Assembly: GCF_001194135.2 (NCBI RefSeq)
Contig: NC_069010.1
Coordinates: forward strand, 9,378,720 to 9,442,719
Direction of reading: 5' to 3'
Length of the DNA: 64,000 bases
Origin: Octopus bimaculoides
Lineage: Eukaryota
Below are positions 14,119 through 27,880 of this stretch, one piece after another. Made by a program: the position numbers and the translations under genes. Each line of letters opens with the position of its first letter. Within the stretch, counting starts at the first letter, position 1. The notes below the pieces were generated by a model that had not been told where the DNA came from, made no database searches, and saw nothing but the letters and a program-made list of their open reading frames with translations.

Positions 14119-15003
14119 TACTAGCAGAGCCACCCGGCGTTGCCCTGGAATGAAATTGTTGCTTTTAACCTTTCCACCACTGCAGCACAGTGCAAGTGTC
14201 TCTCTAGGCCACTTCCTTGTTTTACAATGAATGNNNNNNNNNNNNNNNNNNNNNNNNNNNNNNNNNNNNNNNNNNNNNNNNNNNNNNNNNNNNNNNNNNN
14301 NNNNNNNNNNNNNNNNNNNNNNNNNNNNNNNNNNNNNNNNNNNNNNNNNNNNNNNNNNNNNNNNNNNNNNNNNNNNNNNNNNNNNNNNNNNNNNNNNNNN
14401 NNNNNNNNNNNNNNNNNNNNNNNNNNNNNNNNNNNNNNNNNNNNNNNNNNNNNNNNNNNNNNNNNNNNNNNNNNNNNNNNNNNNNNNNNNNNNNNNNNNN
14501 NNNNNNNNNNNNNNNNNNNNNNNNNNNNNNNNNNNNNNNNNNNNNNNNNNNNNNNNNNNNNNNNNNNNNNNNNNNNNNNNNNNNNNNNNNNNNNNNNNNN
14601 NNNNNNNNNNNNNNNNNNNNNNNNNNNNNNNNNNNNNNNNNNNNNNNNNNNNNNNNNNNNNNNNNNNNNNNNNNNNNNNNAACCGTACTTCTGTTAGTAA
14701 ATTATGAAATTACTTACATCAGTAAATGTGAGTAAACTTTTAGTGAGAACAGTAACGATTGAAGTTAAAATGAAAAAAAAAACTATGGCTACCGGAAGTT
14801 GACATTGAGGAACCTTTTTAAAGAAGTGAATCTTAAATATAAAGCAATATTATTTATTTTTAATAAAAAAAAATCAAATGAAGAGCCTAACATTTATCCG
14901 AGGTCAAATTATTCATGCATCACAAGTATGGAAGTAAATGGTGAAGCCGTTTTCACGTGATAAGCGATTACACATACATCTCTGTTTTATATATAGTATA
15001 GAT
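14119..15003 (+). mobile_element. Helitron/Helentron-like non-autonomous element spanning an assembly gap
   Basis: 5' end ta-ctagcagagccacccggcgttgccctgg inside an (AT)n tract; 3' end ttttatatatagtatagat; gap 14234-14680. Confidence 0.45.
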
Positions 15004-15815
15004 ATATATATATTTCGTATTTGACTTGCAAGGTTCTTTATGTGAATTCTTGTGTTGAGGCCAACAAAAAGAAAGTAGCTCCGATAGCGGACAGTGAACG
15101 ACTCTTGAAGAAAGAGGTTGGAAGAAGCAACGAAAAGTTTAGAACAAAAAAAATGAGTCAAAATCGAAACTGTGTGTGTGTTAATGAAGCAATAAAATAG
15201 AACATTTTATTGACAATGGCGTAATTTGGAGATTTTGACTGTTATTTCTAGCAAGCCGGTCTACCTGTTAATCCCTTCCCATGGTAGGCTCGTGCGACAG
15301 TATTATGTATATTCTATGTAATGAGTGGGGAGGGGGCGGGGCAGGGGAGAGAGACAGCATTGTGTCTGTTCATGTAATGAGGACGTTTTCGGATGTGTGT
15401 TACCTGGTCAACGACTCTGTTCCTCTTTGTCCGTTTCTGTGTAACTATATCTAAATACCTGTATGTAAATAAATATATGTATATAGATGGATGTGTAGTT
15501 CTTTTCTCACGTTTGTCAACACACGTACACAGACACACATAAGTTCATAGATCCGCCGCCTCGTGAATAGAAGAACAAAAAACTCACACACATTGCTCAC
15601 CTGTCCTCTTTAAAAATAGCTGTTTATGACTCATCGGCCGGTGTTTGTGTGTAAAATGGATGGATATAACGACGGGAAAACGCTGAATCAGAAAGCAATG
15701 ACAACCTTCCTCTACCACTATATATATATATATTATGTATGTGTGTGTGTATTTTTGGAGGGGATGTATCGTCTGGACGTATACCGTATTGGCTCTACAT
15801 ACTCTTTATTAATAT

Positions 15816-15859
<44 letters not shown>

Positions 15860-15983
15860 AAGATATATATTTATACCTGTGTGCTTGTGTGTATCTTTTG
15901 TGTTTTTACTTGTTTGTCATAAGATTGCGGTCATGCTGGGGCACCGCCTTGGAAAATTTTAGTTGCACGAATTAACCCCAATG

Positions 15984-16020
<37 letters not shown>

Positions 16021-16096
16021 TCCGGGTACGTATTCTGTTGGTCTTTTTTCAATCGGGTAGGTTGCGGAGCTGTAGATACACCGACCCCGATTGCTA

Positions 16097-16128
<32 letters not shown>

Positions 16129-16547
16129 ATTCACTGATACCAACCACATCGTGACCCTCGCCCTCAATCCATTCCTACCCCGTTTAATACCTCTTGTTGC
16201 CGATTCTCCCTCACCTGTTGACATGTCCCCCCCACCCGTCAACCACCATTCTACTCAACACCACCACCAACACCCCTGTTTTCTGTCCACAAGGATTCAT
16301 TAATCTAATCAAGCTAATTACTTCTTGAAGAATCTAAGAGGCTGAATATTCCAGACATGTCTATCATAATTCTCTGGTACAATCAACATGTCACAAATGA
16401 CAAACTTCTATTTTTTAAACCATTTGGCCATACTGTGTACACCCACAATCAGGGCCGGCTCAAGGTACCGGATTTTGGTTGTTCCAGGACTATATTAGAA
16501 GACACTTGCCCAAGTGGGGCTGAACCTTTGAACCATGTGGCTGGGAA

Positions 16548-16992
16548 GCATTTACGTGGCTCCAGCATTGACCCGTTTTGGCCTGTCATTAGTAATGTCC
16601 TGGGTCTGCTGGACAAATCTGACCATTCTGAAGACATCTGGCATTTGAAAGGGTTTTCTTCTCTGGATCATAGTTGATACATCCTCACCCATGGGCCTCC
16701 ACTTCTTTCTGGACCCCCAAAACTGGCCATCTTTGAAAAGCTGTGTTTGCTTGTTGGATCCATGGGCAAAGTGCGGCACTTTTCAATCACTTTCTGACTT
16801 GAACTGGAATCTGCCATGTTGAAAACTTCCTCGTTAAGTAACACATCTGCTCTTATAATTAGCAGAAATAAAGTATTCTGAATATTATTTTAGCAAGTTT
16901 GAAGTGATTTCTTTTGTGCCGTAAACCATTTACCACTTACTCTGGTGCCCCCCTTCCTTCCCTTGATGCCCTAAACATGTGCTTATTTTACT
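16548..16992. mobile_element. Interspersed non-autonomous DNA-transposon-like repeat (second partial copy 18262-18432)
   Basis: 16830-16992 aligns with 18262-18432 (gaatattattttagcaagttt.aagtgatttcttttgtgccgta.accatttacc...); no recognisable ORF. Confidence 0.5.
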
Positions 16993-17243
16993 TATTGGTA
17001 AATCCAGTGCTGCCCACCACCACCACCACAGCAACCACATCCGTCCACTCATCTCGCTATGACAAAACAGTCATCTTTCTCTTCTATCGTCCATTTACAT
17101 TACATAAGGACTTCTTTCATTGTGGTTAGCTGAAACTAGTAGTTTGTGATTTTGAGGGAGATTAGGCTGCTATTTCTAACAGGTCTCACTTGCTGGTTTA
17201 TTATACACACACACACACACACACACCTAGCTGCAACACAAAT

Positions 17244-17612
17244 GGGTGTGATTTGAGGAAGATTTGGCTGCTATTTCTACCTACTCTCGCTACCATGTAG
17301 AGGTCTCCCTCATTGGCTTATACATAGATAAGAGAGTAGGGTGTGATTTGAGGGAGATTTGGTTGCTATTTCTAGCAGGTCTAGCTACCATGTAGAGGTC
17401 TCCCTCATTGGCTCATACATATATACATAGATAAGAGTGTAGAGTGTGATTTGAGGGAGATTTGGTTGCTATTTCTAGCAGGTCTAGCTACCATGCAGAG
17501 GTCTCCATTGGCTCATACATACCTATATACATAGATAAGAGAGTAGGGTGCGATATGAGGGAGATTTGACTGCTATTTCTAGCTGGTCCAGTTCTCCTCC
17601 AGAGGTCTCCCT
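17244..17612. repeat. Tandem array of 95-104-bp units (4 copies)
   Basis: gggtgtgatttgagggagatttgg.tgctatttcta units start at 17244, 17339, 17442 and 17546. Confidence 0.85.
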
Positions 17613-18925
17613 CCTTTGCACTGGTAGCTGGAGTTAATGTTGCTTGTTGCTGACAGGGGTCATGTTACAGGGAATCTGGCTGGTTGGCCGGTTGGTTGGC
17701 TGGCTGGCTGCTTGGTTGGGTTCTGTCCCATCCCTAGCATCCATCCACCCCCACCTCCACCCCTACCCTGCCCTCTGCCAGTAGATGTTGACCTGACCCA
17801 GTTGACATTTTTTTGAAGAGGAGAAAGAGTGAAGTGGGGGGTATAAGTGGGGGTGTTGGTGTGTATGTTTGTGTGTGTAGGGGGGAGCTGATAACCCTCC
17901 TCTGAAGAAGGAAACGGGGTGGAGGGGTGGGGGTTTACAAAAACAAGTGTCTCCTCCCCCCCCTCTCTCTGTCTACCTCACTTTCTCTGTAACATTGTAG
18001 GCACATCAAAGCCCCACTCGCCACTCATACTTACTGACTTCCACTCACCACCACCACCACCACCACTCACTCTCACATACTTCTCAAATTTTGTTACCCC
18101 CACCCCCACCCCAACACTTTGATCCACTCCACCATCACCCTCAGCACAAAGAGGGAAAATAATGTTTATTTTTGTACACTCCCACTTTTTATTTATATTT
18201 GAAAACTTTCCTCCTACTTTTTTGAACTGCAAAGTCTTTGATCAGATCCTCAAAATTAATCTTAGGTTAACACATCTGCATCTAGACTGAGTAGAGATAA
18301 AAGCATCCCGAATATTATTTTAGCAAGTTTAAAGTGATTTCTTTTGTGCCGTAGACCATTTACCATTTCTATAATGCCCCGTCTCCTTCCATTGATGCCC
18401 TAAGTACGTGCTTATTTTGCTTAATGGTTAATCCAGCACGGCGTTAAGGATATGCATGGCTGTGGAGTGTTCAGCCACTTGCACATTCGTTCTGCTAGCA
18501 GACTGTTCCATTGACCAGAACAACTGGAACCCTCGTCATCGTAACTGACCAAGTGCCAGTCACACACACTACTTGACTCTGCCAGTGTTGGCTTATGTCC
18601 ATGTGACTTAGCAGTTTGCTAAAGGAGAACTGACAGAATAACTACCAGACTTAAAAAAAAAAAAAAATTAGTGTAGAAACCCTTCAAGGTGGTACTCCAG
18701 CATGGCCACAGACTGAAGATATATATATATAGTTTGTTTTTCACTCTTTCTTCCCTTCTCTCTCTTTTCTCCCCTCTCTCTTTCAGCCATAAAGGGGGGA
18801 GGAAAGAGTGGTGGTTGTGATTGATGAGGTCGGATAGGAGTGGAAGTCACAGCTTGTAATACTATGTACTACATGCTATTGTGTGTGTGTGTCATGTGTA
18901 TAACCCCCAACCCCTAACTCTCACG

Positions 18926-18984
<59 letters not shown>

Positions 18985-19847
18985 TACATCAGTAACATTA
19001 CACACAAGTACTGCATACCAACTTAGTTAACATTGTGTGTGTGTGTGTATATATTCATGTATGTATGCATGTATAAGTCTATAGCCATTCTTGGCATTAC
19101 AGCTGTTTAGTAATACACATACACACACACCCATAAACATTCATAAGGAAAAAAAGCTTTGAGGAGGGATGGTCAGAACTAGATAATTGGGAGGAAAGAG
19201 AAGAGGTTTGGGGAGAGGCAGGTGGGAAGGTAACTGGGTAGACAATGAGACATAGGTATGTTGTAAGAGATAGCGTGTTTGATNNNNNNNNNNATATATA
19301 TATATATATATATAAGCAATTATGCAAATAAAGAAATTAGATATATTGAAATATAATAATCTAATATATCTAATTTGTTTATCCACATAATTGCCTCTAC
19401 ACCCACTCAACCTTGCGGAGTCAGTCTCCTGTGAAATCTTCGGAGTCTAAGTTTGAATCTTTTGAGCTCTACTCAGTGCCTTCTATACAGAGAATCTCTG
19501 GGTCTCATCCCTGGACTCTCTCTCTCTCTCTTACCCCGAAAAGTTTTCTTGCAGAAAATTAAGGATGAGAGCAAACAAAACAACACACAGTGTGATTTAG
19601 GACGGTGGACAAGGACAAAGAATTGAACAAAATTTAGCTTTGGGGCCGAAGAGAGAGAGAGAGAGAGATCCTAAAACCAATGTGGAACATAAAAAGTATT
19701 AAAAAGCATTGGTATGGGTGGTGGTGCCATGTTAAACGCACCCAGTATCCTCTGTAAAGTGGTTGGTGTTAGGAAGGGCGTCCAGCTGTAGAAACCAAGA
19801 TGGTACTTGGTGCAGCCCCTATATATATATATACGTCAAGCCACCAT

Positions 19848-19905
<58 letters not shown>

Positions 19906-19915
19906 NNNNNNNNNN

Positions 19916-19967
<52 letters not shown>

Positions 19968-19979
19968 TACATACACATA

Positions 19980-20215
19980 CAGGGTTGGCCAAAAGTTAGC
20001 TGACGGTAAATCAAAATTCCATAGATACTATCTGTAATTCTGTATTACCTCGAATGGAAAAAATGGTGTCGTTGAAGAAGGACTTCAGTTTGGACAATTT
20101 TCATGATGTTTCATGCTCAGATGCTTTTATTAAATTCATTCAATTGTTAAACATAAAATAAATCTTAGAATTGAAAGGTTTCGATTTACTGTCTGCTGAC
20201 TTTTGGCCAACCCTG
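19980..20215. mobile_element. Tc1/mariner-type MITE
   Basis: 21-bp TIRs CAGGGTTGGCCAAAAGT(T/C)AGC with 1 mismatch, flanked by TA on both sides. Confidence 0.85.
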
Positions 20216-23200
20216 TATGTATCGTGTGTGTGTGTGTTTTTCTTTCGCCACTGCTTGACAAATTGTGTTGGTTTGTTTATGTCCTGTAACTTAACGGTTC
20301 AGCAAAATAATATTTTTTTTACTGGGGTTGGTTTGTTAGCGTAAACCCTTTGAGGTTGGTGCCCCAGCGTGACCGCAGTCTAGTGAGTGAAATTAGTAAA
20401 AGATAATAAGAGAGAGACAGAGACAGGTAAAGATGTAGGATAGACCACCAATAAGTGAAAAGAGATAGGGAGAGATACGGGAGGAGAAGTGTGGAGATGA
20501 AACAGAAGGGGATCAGAAGGGAATTATGTAAAGGGCAGATGTGTGTGTGTGTGTGTACGTCGTTTGGTGATGACAGTTTTTACAACTGAAGTGGGTCCTC
20601 CTCATTAAACAGGAGGACATACAACATACGGATGGAGAAGCGACTGACACATAACATGCAATGACAGTCTCACTACGGCTGCTGCTGCCGTGACTGACTG
20701 ACACACGCTCGCGCGCGCTCGTTCTCTATCTCTCTTTCACTCAAAATCATTAATCTGTCTTTCGTCGTGACTGGACAACGCTGCCATCTCCTCCTCTGCC
20801 CTCCTCTTCTCCCCTTCCCTTCCCACTGCTATCAACGCTATTTCTCTCCTCCTCCTCCTCTACCTCCCACCATCTCCTTTACTCCCTTCTTCCAGTTTAA
20901 CTCTCGCACAGCTATTAATATCACTAACATCATCATCATCATCATCGTCATCAGTGACAACAGTAAACAACATCACTACACCCCTCTCCTTGTCATTTCA
21001 CTTCTCTTCTCACACTTTCTCTCCTTCTCCTCCCCTTCTCTACTCCCTCCTTCTTGTTTTTTAATCCTTCCCTTCTCTCTCCCTCTCTCTCTAGTTCTCT
21101 ATTCTTACGATTTTCCTTCCTCCCCTCTCTCTTGTTGTTTACCCCCTCTCTCTCTCTTTAAGTTTTTGCTCCTCCCCTTCTTCACTCTAGTTCTCTCTCT
21201 ACATTTCTCCTACCTCTCCTCATGGTATTCAATTCCCCCTCTCTCTCTCGCTCTCTAATTCTCTATTTCCCCTCCTCCTCCTCTCTCTGTTTCTTGCTTA
21301 TTCGTTCATTCCAATTCCCTGTCTTTGTACTTCTCACATATTCACTCTTACTCTATCCATAGTTCTTTGTTTCTACCTCTCTCTCTCTCTCTGTGTATCT
21401 ATCTTATCTGCCTCTCCTATCAGTCTACCTATCCATCTCTCTCTCTCTCTCTCTCATACAACACTCACTCCATGTCACTCTCTCACTCGATTCTCTTCTC
21501 CTCAAGGAAGTTCTAAAAAAAGAGGGAGAAAAAGAAGGATAAACTGATTGTATATCGGTTGTTGTTGTTGTCATCTCCGTTGCCCCCCCCTCCTCTCTCT
21601 CTTCTCCTCTTTCAACAGTTTCTATTCAAAGTTGTCAACTGGCATTTTTCTTGTCCCTTCCACCAAATTCTTCAGACTTGTCCCACTTCCTTCTGGATTT
21701 TAGCTGCTACAGGACTGCACTTTCCGCACCATATTACACACCCACACGCACACACACATACACACACGTATAATGCATACACATACATTTATACATAAAT
21801 ACACACACATATACACAGTCTTAGACACATAGACGCACTATATACAAACACCATATATATACACACACACACACACACTCGCACAGATGCAGATGCATAT
21901 GATAAACAACATATACACACCGTGTGTGTGCGTGTCACTTGTATTGTGGACGATATACTCGTCTGATTCCTAATTCACACAAAATCACATTTTATATACA
22001 CTTTCTCTCTCTCTCTCCCATTTATACACACACAAGTTTCTCACAGTTACATGGATTTGCCCTGACCTAGACACCCATGTAACTTCATTCATTTATACAC
22101 GCCGACACAAGTGTACATATATAAACATATCTGCATGTGTATATATATATATCTACACACACACACACACACACAGTTATTTAGCAGTGTGTATATATAT
22201 ATATATACAAATACACCAATAACAAAGAAACACACATCTGACTTGTATATAATGGTTGTACACATATTTCCGACCATCATGGATCTCTGCAATTACTCTC
22301 CAGGTATTATTATTATTATTATTTTTATTATCTTTCATTTAATTTCATCAGAGCCAAAAAACTTCTTGGCTGCTACTCATCATTTCTCGTTTCTCACATC
22401 TTCTCCAGGGATGAAACTCTGGCCATCGGGGAATTTTCATCTTTCCACATGGAATGTTATATTTGTTTATATATTTATATGTCTTTGTTGTTTTGTATGG
22501 GGTACTTGTTTCTTTGTTTTTTTCCCCTACCCCTTTCTTTGTTTTAGGTACAACAACAACATACAATCATCCCTTTACACACACACACGTGTGTGCATTT
22601 TCCTTTCACATATGTTTCATGCGGTGAATAAACCGAACAGGTGAAATCCAGATTAAGGGCGGCTAAGATTTCCATTCTAAATGTGTTGTACTCCATACTT
22701 CTTGTTCTTTTGACTGTGGCCATGCTGGAGCACCGCCTTTAGTCGAACAAATCAACCCCGAGACTTATTCTTTGTAAGCCTAGTACTTATTCTATCGGTC
22801 TATTTTGCCAAACCACTAAATTACGTGGACTTAAAAACACACACACACACACACATATATGATGGGCTTCTTTTCAGTTTCTGTCTACCAAATCCACACA
22901 AGGCTTTGGTCGGCCCAAGGTGCCATGCAGTGGGACTGAACCTGGAACCATGTGGTTGGGAAGCAAGCTTCTTTCCACACACCCATTCCTACACCTATCC
23001 ATTTTTATTGAGTTTGGGGCTGTGTGGTAAAAAGCTTGCTTGCCAACCACAAGGTACCGGTTTCAGTCTCACACTGTGTGGTACTTTGGGTAAAGTGTCT
23101 TCTGTATAGCCTCGGATGGACCAAAGCCTTGTGAATGGATTGGGTTGATGGGTTGAACCGAAAGAAACCCATCATGCTGTGTGTTTGCCCCCACCACCCC

Positions 23201-23999
23201 TCAACAACGGGCGATGGTGTGTTTACATCCTTGTAACTTAGCAGTTTGGCAAAAGAGAATGATAGAATAAGTTCCAGGATTTTTAAAAAATGAAGTCCTG
23301 GGGTTTGTTCATTTGACTAAAAATCCTTCAGGATAGTGCCCCAGCATGACCACAGTCTAATGTCTGAAACAAGAAAAAAGGTGTGTGTGTGTGTGTGATA
23401 CAAGTATGGTTGTGTGGAAAAGAACCCATTTTGCAAGTTCATGGGTTTGGGTTCAGTCCTCCTGCGTGGCACCTTGAGCAAGTATCTTCCTTCTGCTATA
23501 GCTTTCATCAGTCCAGTCAAAATCCTTGTGGCTGAATCTGGAAGGTAGAAATTGAAGTTCAGCATAAAAGACGGGCAGAATAAGTGCCAGGTTTTAGAAA
23601 AAAAGGAAGAAAAGTTGTGCTCCAGTATGACCACAGTTAAATGACTGAAAAACACACATATACACACACATCAATTGCTTTAGAACTTTATTTTCACTTT
23701 GCCTACCAACAGTCCACCTCATCATCATCATCATCATCAGTCTAACGTCCTCTTTTCCAAGCTTGCATGGGTTGGGCAGAATTTTTGCAGCCAAGTGTCC
23801 CTTCCTGTCGTTAGCCTCTTTCCGAGCAAGATGATATTCCGCCCCCCCCCCCACATGTGCCAGACATCATGCAATGTCAAAACATACATGCTTGCATGCA
23901 TACATATATACGAGGGGGTGCTTAAAAGTTCCTCACAAAAGGCCTGGTTGGAGGCCCAACTTCCCAAGTTACACCATTTCTGTCCTCTCTCATCCTCTG

Positions 24000-24560
24000 C
24001 ATTCATCATCATCATCGTTTAACGTCCGCTTTCCTTGCTAGCATGGGTTGGACGATTCGACTGAGGACTGGTGAAACCGGATGGCTACACCAGGCTCCAA
24101 TCTGATTTGGCAGAGTTTCTACAGCTGGATGCCCTTCCTAACGCCAACCACTCTGAGAGTGTAGTGGGTGCTTTTACGTGCCACCCGCACGAAGGCCAGT
24201 TAGGCGGTACTGGCAATGGCCACGCTCAAAATGGTGTATTTTACATGCCACCTGCACAGGAGCCAGTCCAGCGGCACTGGCAACGAACTCGCTCAAATGT
24301 CTTTTCACGTGCCACCAGCACAAGTGGCAGGAAGGCGACGCTGGTAACGATCACGCTCTACAATCTACGTTTCTCCCTGTCGTGGGGGGAGGCCTTTGTT
24401 GCCAGCAGTGGTGGTAACTCCTTGGACTTTTTCCAATTAGTTCTTACTCTCGCTTCTGTGCTTTCAGAGCAACCACCTCCCTCGTGGATATGTCTCCCAG
24501 GATGCAAAAACTATCAGCTTCTTCCAGTCAACCTTTCAAGCATTCAAGGGGTTCTATTTC
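24000..24560 (-). mobile_element. RTE LINE remnant (internally deleted): RT-downstream fragment plus 3' UTR
   Basis: Minus strand 24390-24530 reads EADSFCILGDIS/(frameshift)GGGCSESTEARVRTNWKKSKELPPLLATK, next to an RTE 3' UTR copy at about 24000-24360. Confidence 0.7.
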
Positions 24561-25683
24561 TGGTGTATGACCATGGAATTGCACCTAGAAAGTTCCCCTC
24601 TGAGGCGCAAGTCCAGGCAAGGTTGTTTATGGAAGACCAGCAGTCGGCCATGCATACCGGCCTCCCGTCTCCACACCACTGATGAGGCACAGTCATGGCT
24701 GTGTGATAAGAAGCTTGCTTTTCAACCACATGGTTCCAGGTTCAGTCCCACTGCATGGCACCTTGTGAGTGGATTTGGTAGATGGAAACTGAAAGAAGCC
24801 TGTCATACGTATTTATGTTTGTCCCCAGTACCGCTTGATAACTGATGTTGTTTGTTTTATACCTCTGTAACTTAGCAGCTTGGTAGTGAGAGACTGATGT
24901 AGAATAAGTAATGGAGTTGATTCATTCGGCTAAAAGTTTACAAAGTGGAGCTCCAGCATGGCTGCAGTCTAATGATTGAAACATAAGATAGCCACACGCA
25001 TGCCAACACACACACACACGCATGCCAATACACACATACGCACACAAGCAAGCATGCACACACACATGCAAACACAATGTGCACTCACACGCAAACACAT
25101 ACATACGCATACATACACGCATACACAAACACATGCAAACCCACTCCCAGTGTATCCACATAAACCAGTTAATGTAGGGATGTACCGACTGACGTTAGAA
25201 TTTCCGTCTTTACCAACAAAATAAAACCAAAGCATTGCAGTAATTACGTTAACGACTCTAATTTTCTTTCCTCCATTGAGGAAATTCCAGTTCATTGACA
25301 AGATCCATTTATCCTTTTTCCCCCATCCTTCATTTCATCAGCCTCTCAGTTATTTTAAGTGTCTTCATGCCATTGGCCTATTTCAGTTATTTCCCTTTCT
25401 TGTCTTTTTGTTTTTTTAACTTGTTTCACTCATTAGACTGTGGCCATGCTGGGGCACCGCATTGGAGGATTTTAGTCAAAGTAATCAATGCCAGCACTTA
25501 TTACTTTTTCTTGAAGCCTGGTATTTATTTGATCAGCTTGTTTTGCTGTACCGCTAAGTTATAGGAACATAAACACACCAACACTGGTTGTCAAGTAGTG
25601 ATGCAGAACATATATAGTTCAGTTAAGGGTTAAATATTCCTCATTAAGGGATTATGTCTGTTTTTTGCAATTAATAAATATAT

Positions 25684-26077
25684 AGGCGTAGGAGTGGCTG
25701 TGTGGTAAGTAGCTTGCTTACCAACCACATGGTCCCGGGTTCAGTCCCACTGCGTGGCATCTTGGGCAAGTGTCTTCTACTATAGCCTTGGGCCGACCAA
25801 TGCCTTGTGAGTGGATTTGGTAGACGGAAACTGAAAGAAGCCTGTCGTATATATGTATATATATATGTATGTGTGTATGTGTTTGTCCCCCCAACATCGC
25901 TTGACAACCGATGCTGGTGTGTTTATGTCCCCGTAACTTAGCGGTTCGGCAAAAGAGACCGAAAGAATAAGTACTAGGCTTACAAAGAATAAGTCCTGGG
26001 GTCGATTTGCTCGACTAAAGGCGGTGCTCCAGCATGGCCACAGTCAAAAGACTGAAACAAGTAAAAGAGTAAAAGAG
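25684..26077 (+). mobile_element. Full-length tRNA-derived SINE, family 1 (CORE-like cttgggcaagt; tail gtaaaagagtaaaagag)
   Basis: A-box-like TGGCTGTGTGGT and B-box-like GGTTCAGTCCC. Many partial copies across the window (e.g. 2490-2770, 5260-5390, 6900-7150, 11300-11650, 22710-23000, 36230-37160, 57920-58120). May correspond to described Octopus SINE families; not verified. Confidence 0.85.
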
Positions 26078-27684
26078 TTATTAATTGATTGATCTCTATT
26101 TTCTCATTTTTCTTATATAGAGGGAGAGAGAGAGAGAGATGATGGGCTTCTTTCAGTTTCCATCTATCAAATCCACTCAAAAGGCTTTGGTTGACACAAG
26201 GCTATAAGTACATTACATACAAACACATATTATACACACTGCATACCAACTTAACTAATTTTAGTTACATTGTGTGTGTGTGTGTGTGTGTGTATTCATG
26301 TATGTATGTATGTATAAGTCTATAGCCATTCTTGGCATTACAGCTGTTTAGTAATACACATATGCACACACACCCATTGACATTCATAAGGAAAAAGCTT
26401 TGAGGAGGGATGGTCAGAACTAGATAATTGGGAGGAAGGAGAAGAGGTTTGGGGAGAGGCAGATGGGAAGGTAACTGGGTAGACAATGAGACATAGGTAT
26501 GTTGTAAGAGATATCCTGTTTGATCCCCAAGTATCAAAATATATATGCTCGGTTATCTCATAGCTTTGAGATTGCAATGATGTGATTATTTTGAGAATGA
26601 CCTTGTAGGGTAGGTGTGAGAGGTTGGACCTGGCTAGTTTACATGCTAAAGACTTAACACCAATATTGGATTACATCCTTTCTTCCTAAGTGTGTGAGAC
26701 CCTGAAAATATAAAGGGTCACATGTGCTGCCCTTTCATGCCTGACTTTTAAGGGAAACCAACAAATAAGGGGGGAAAAGCATCCTTCTACCAGTGTTATG
26801 GACCCTATAAAAGGTTTAGGGCTTCTGGCCCTTTTCTCCTTTCATGAACAGGTTTGAAATAGTGTGTATGTGTGTGTGTGTGTATATATTATTTCATTTA
26901 AATTACTTGTTTGTATGTATATATGTTGTGTGGTTGTAGGGATATGTGTGTATATATATGTGTGTGCGCCTGTGTAAATTAGATTTGAATTCTGTGTATG
27001 AATATTGTGTAGGTGTTAGTGTATGTGTGTGTCTGAGCTCATGTTTATAAGTATAAATCTTATTTTATCGTTTGTACGTCATACACATATATATATAGGT
27101 ATATTCAATGTGTGTGTGTGTGTATACATGAGTGGGTGCATATGTGTGTATGTGTACATGTATGTATGTATATATAATGTGTTTTTGTACATATATGTAT
27201 GTCTATATGTGTGTATGTATATATGCATGTTTGTTTTGGTACTGGTGTGTGGGTGGGTTTTATTTGATTTAGATATCTGAAATTCCTTTCATTCTTCAAT
27301 GATTATTTCCAATATATCCTGTGATTAATCAATTCCTAGAATGGTAGAATTAGGAAAACCCAGACAATCATCATCATGTTTTTTTGTTTTTTTTTTCCAT
27401 ACTGGAATGAGTTAGATGAAGGTAGCTAATTAGCAGTCGTTAAGTGTTTGGTAGAATGCCTTGTGGTGGTTGTTTCCAATCCCTGCAGTCAATCATCATC
27501 ACCACCACTTCCCCTCCATCGCTGCCATCATCATCATCATCATCACTACCACGTGACAAGGGTGACCCAGGCTGACTAGAATGAGCTTTTGCTGCAGGGA
27601 CCAGATCACTAGGTTAGCCATGTCTGTGGAAAAAGTCTGTTTGTTCTCAAAGTGATCCGACCAGACACAGTAATTCTCATCAAC

Positions 27685-27880
27685 AAGGCACGTAAAAAGC
27701 ACCCACTACACTCTCTGAGTGGTCGGCGTTAGGAAGGGCATCCAGCTGTAGAAACTCTGCCAAATCAGACTGGAGCCTGGTGTAGCAATCTGGTTTCACC
27801 AGTCCTCAGTCAAATCGTCCAACCCATGCTAGCATGGAAAGCGGACGTTAAATGATGATGATGATGATGATGATGATGAT
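27685..27880 (+). mobile_element. RTE 3' UTR copy (5'-truncated)
   Basis: Same sequence as the 9243-9640 tail, ends in (GAT)n. Confidence 0.75.

Noticed and set aside
24071-24682. 203-aa ORF and similar recurring ORFs (DLAEFLQLDALPNANHSES...) at 54.9, 56.3 and 63.4 kb as a gene family
   Set aside because: These are antisense translations of the RTE 3' UTR repeat, not host genes
25684-25760. tRNA gene calls at SINE heads (also about 40465 and 54500-54580)
   Set aside because: Only A/B-box-like remnants fused to SINE bodies; no complete cloverleaf
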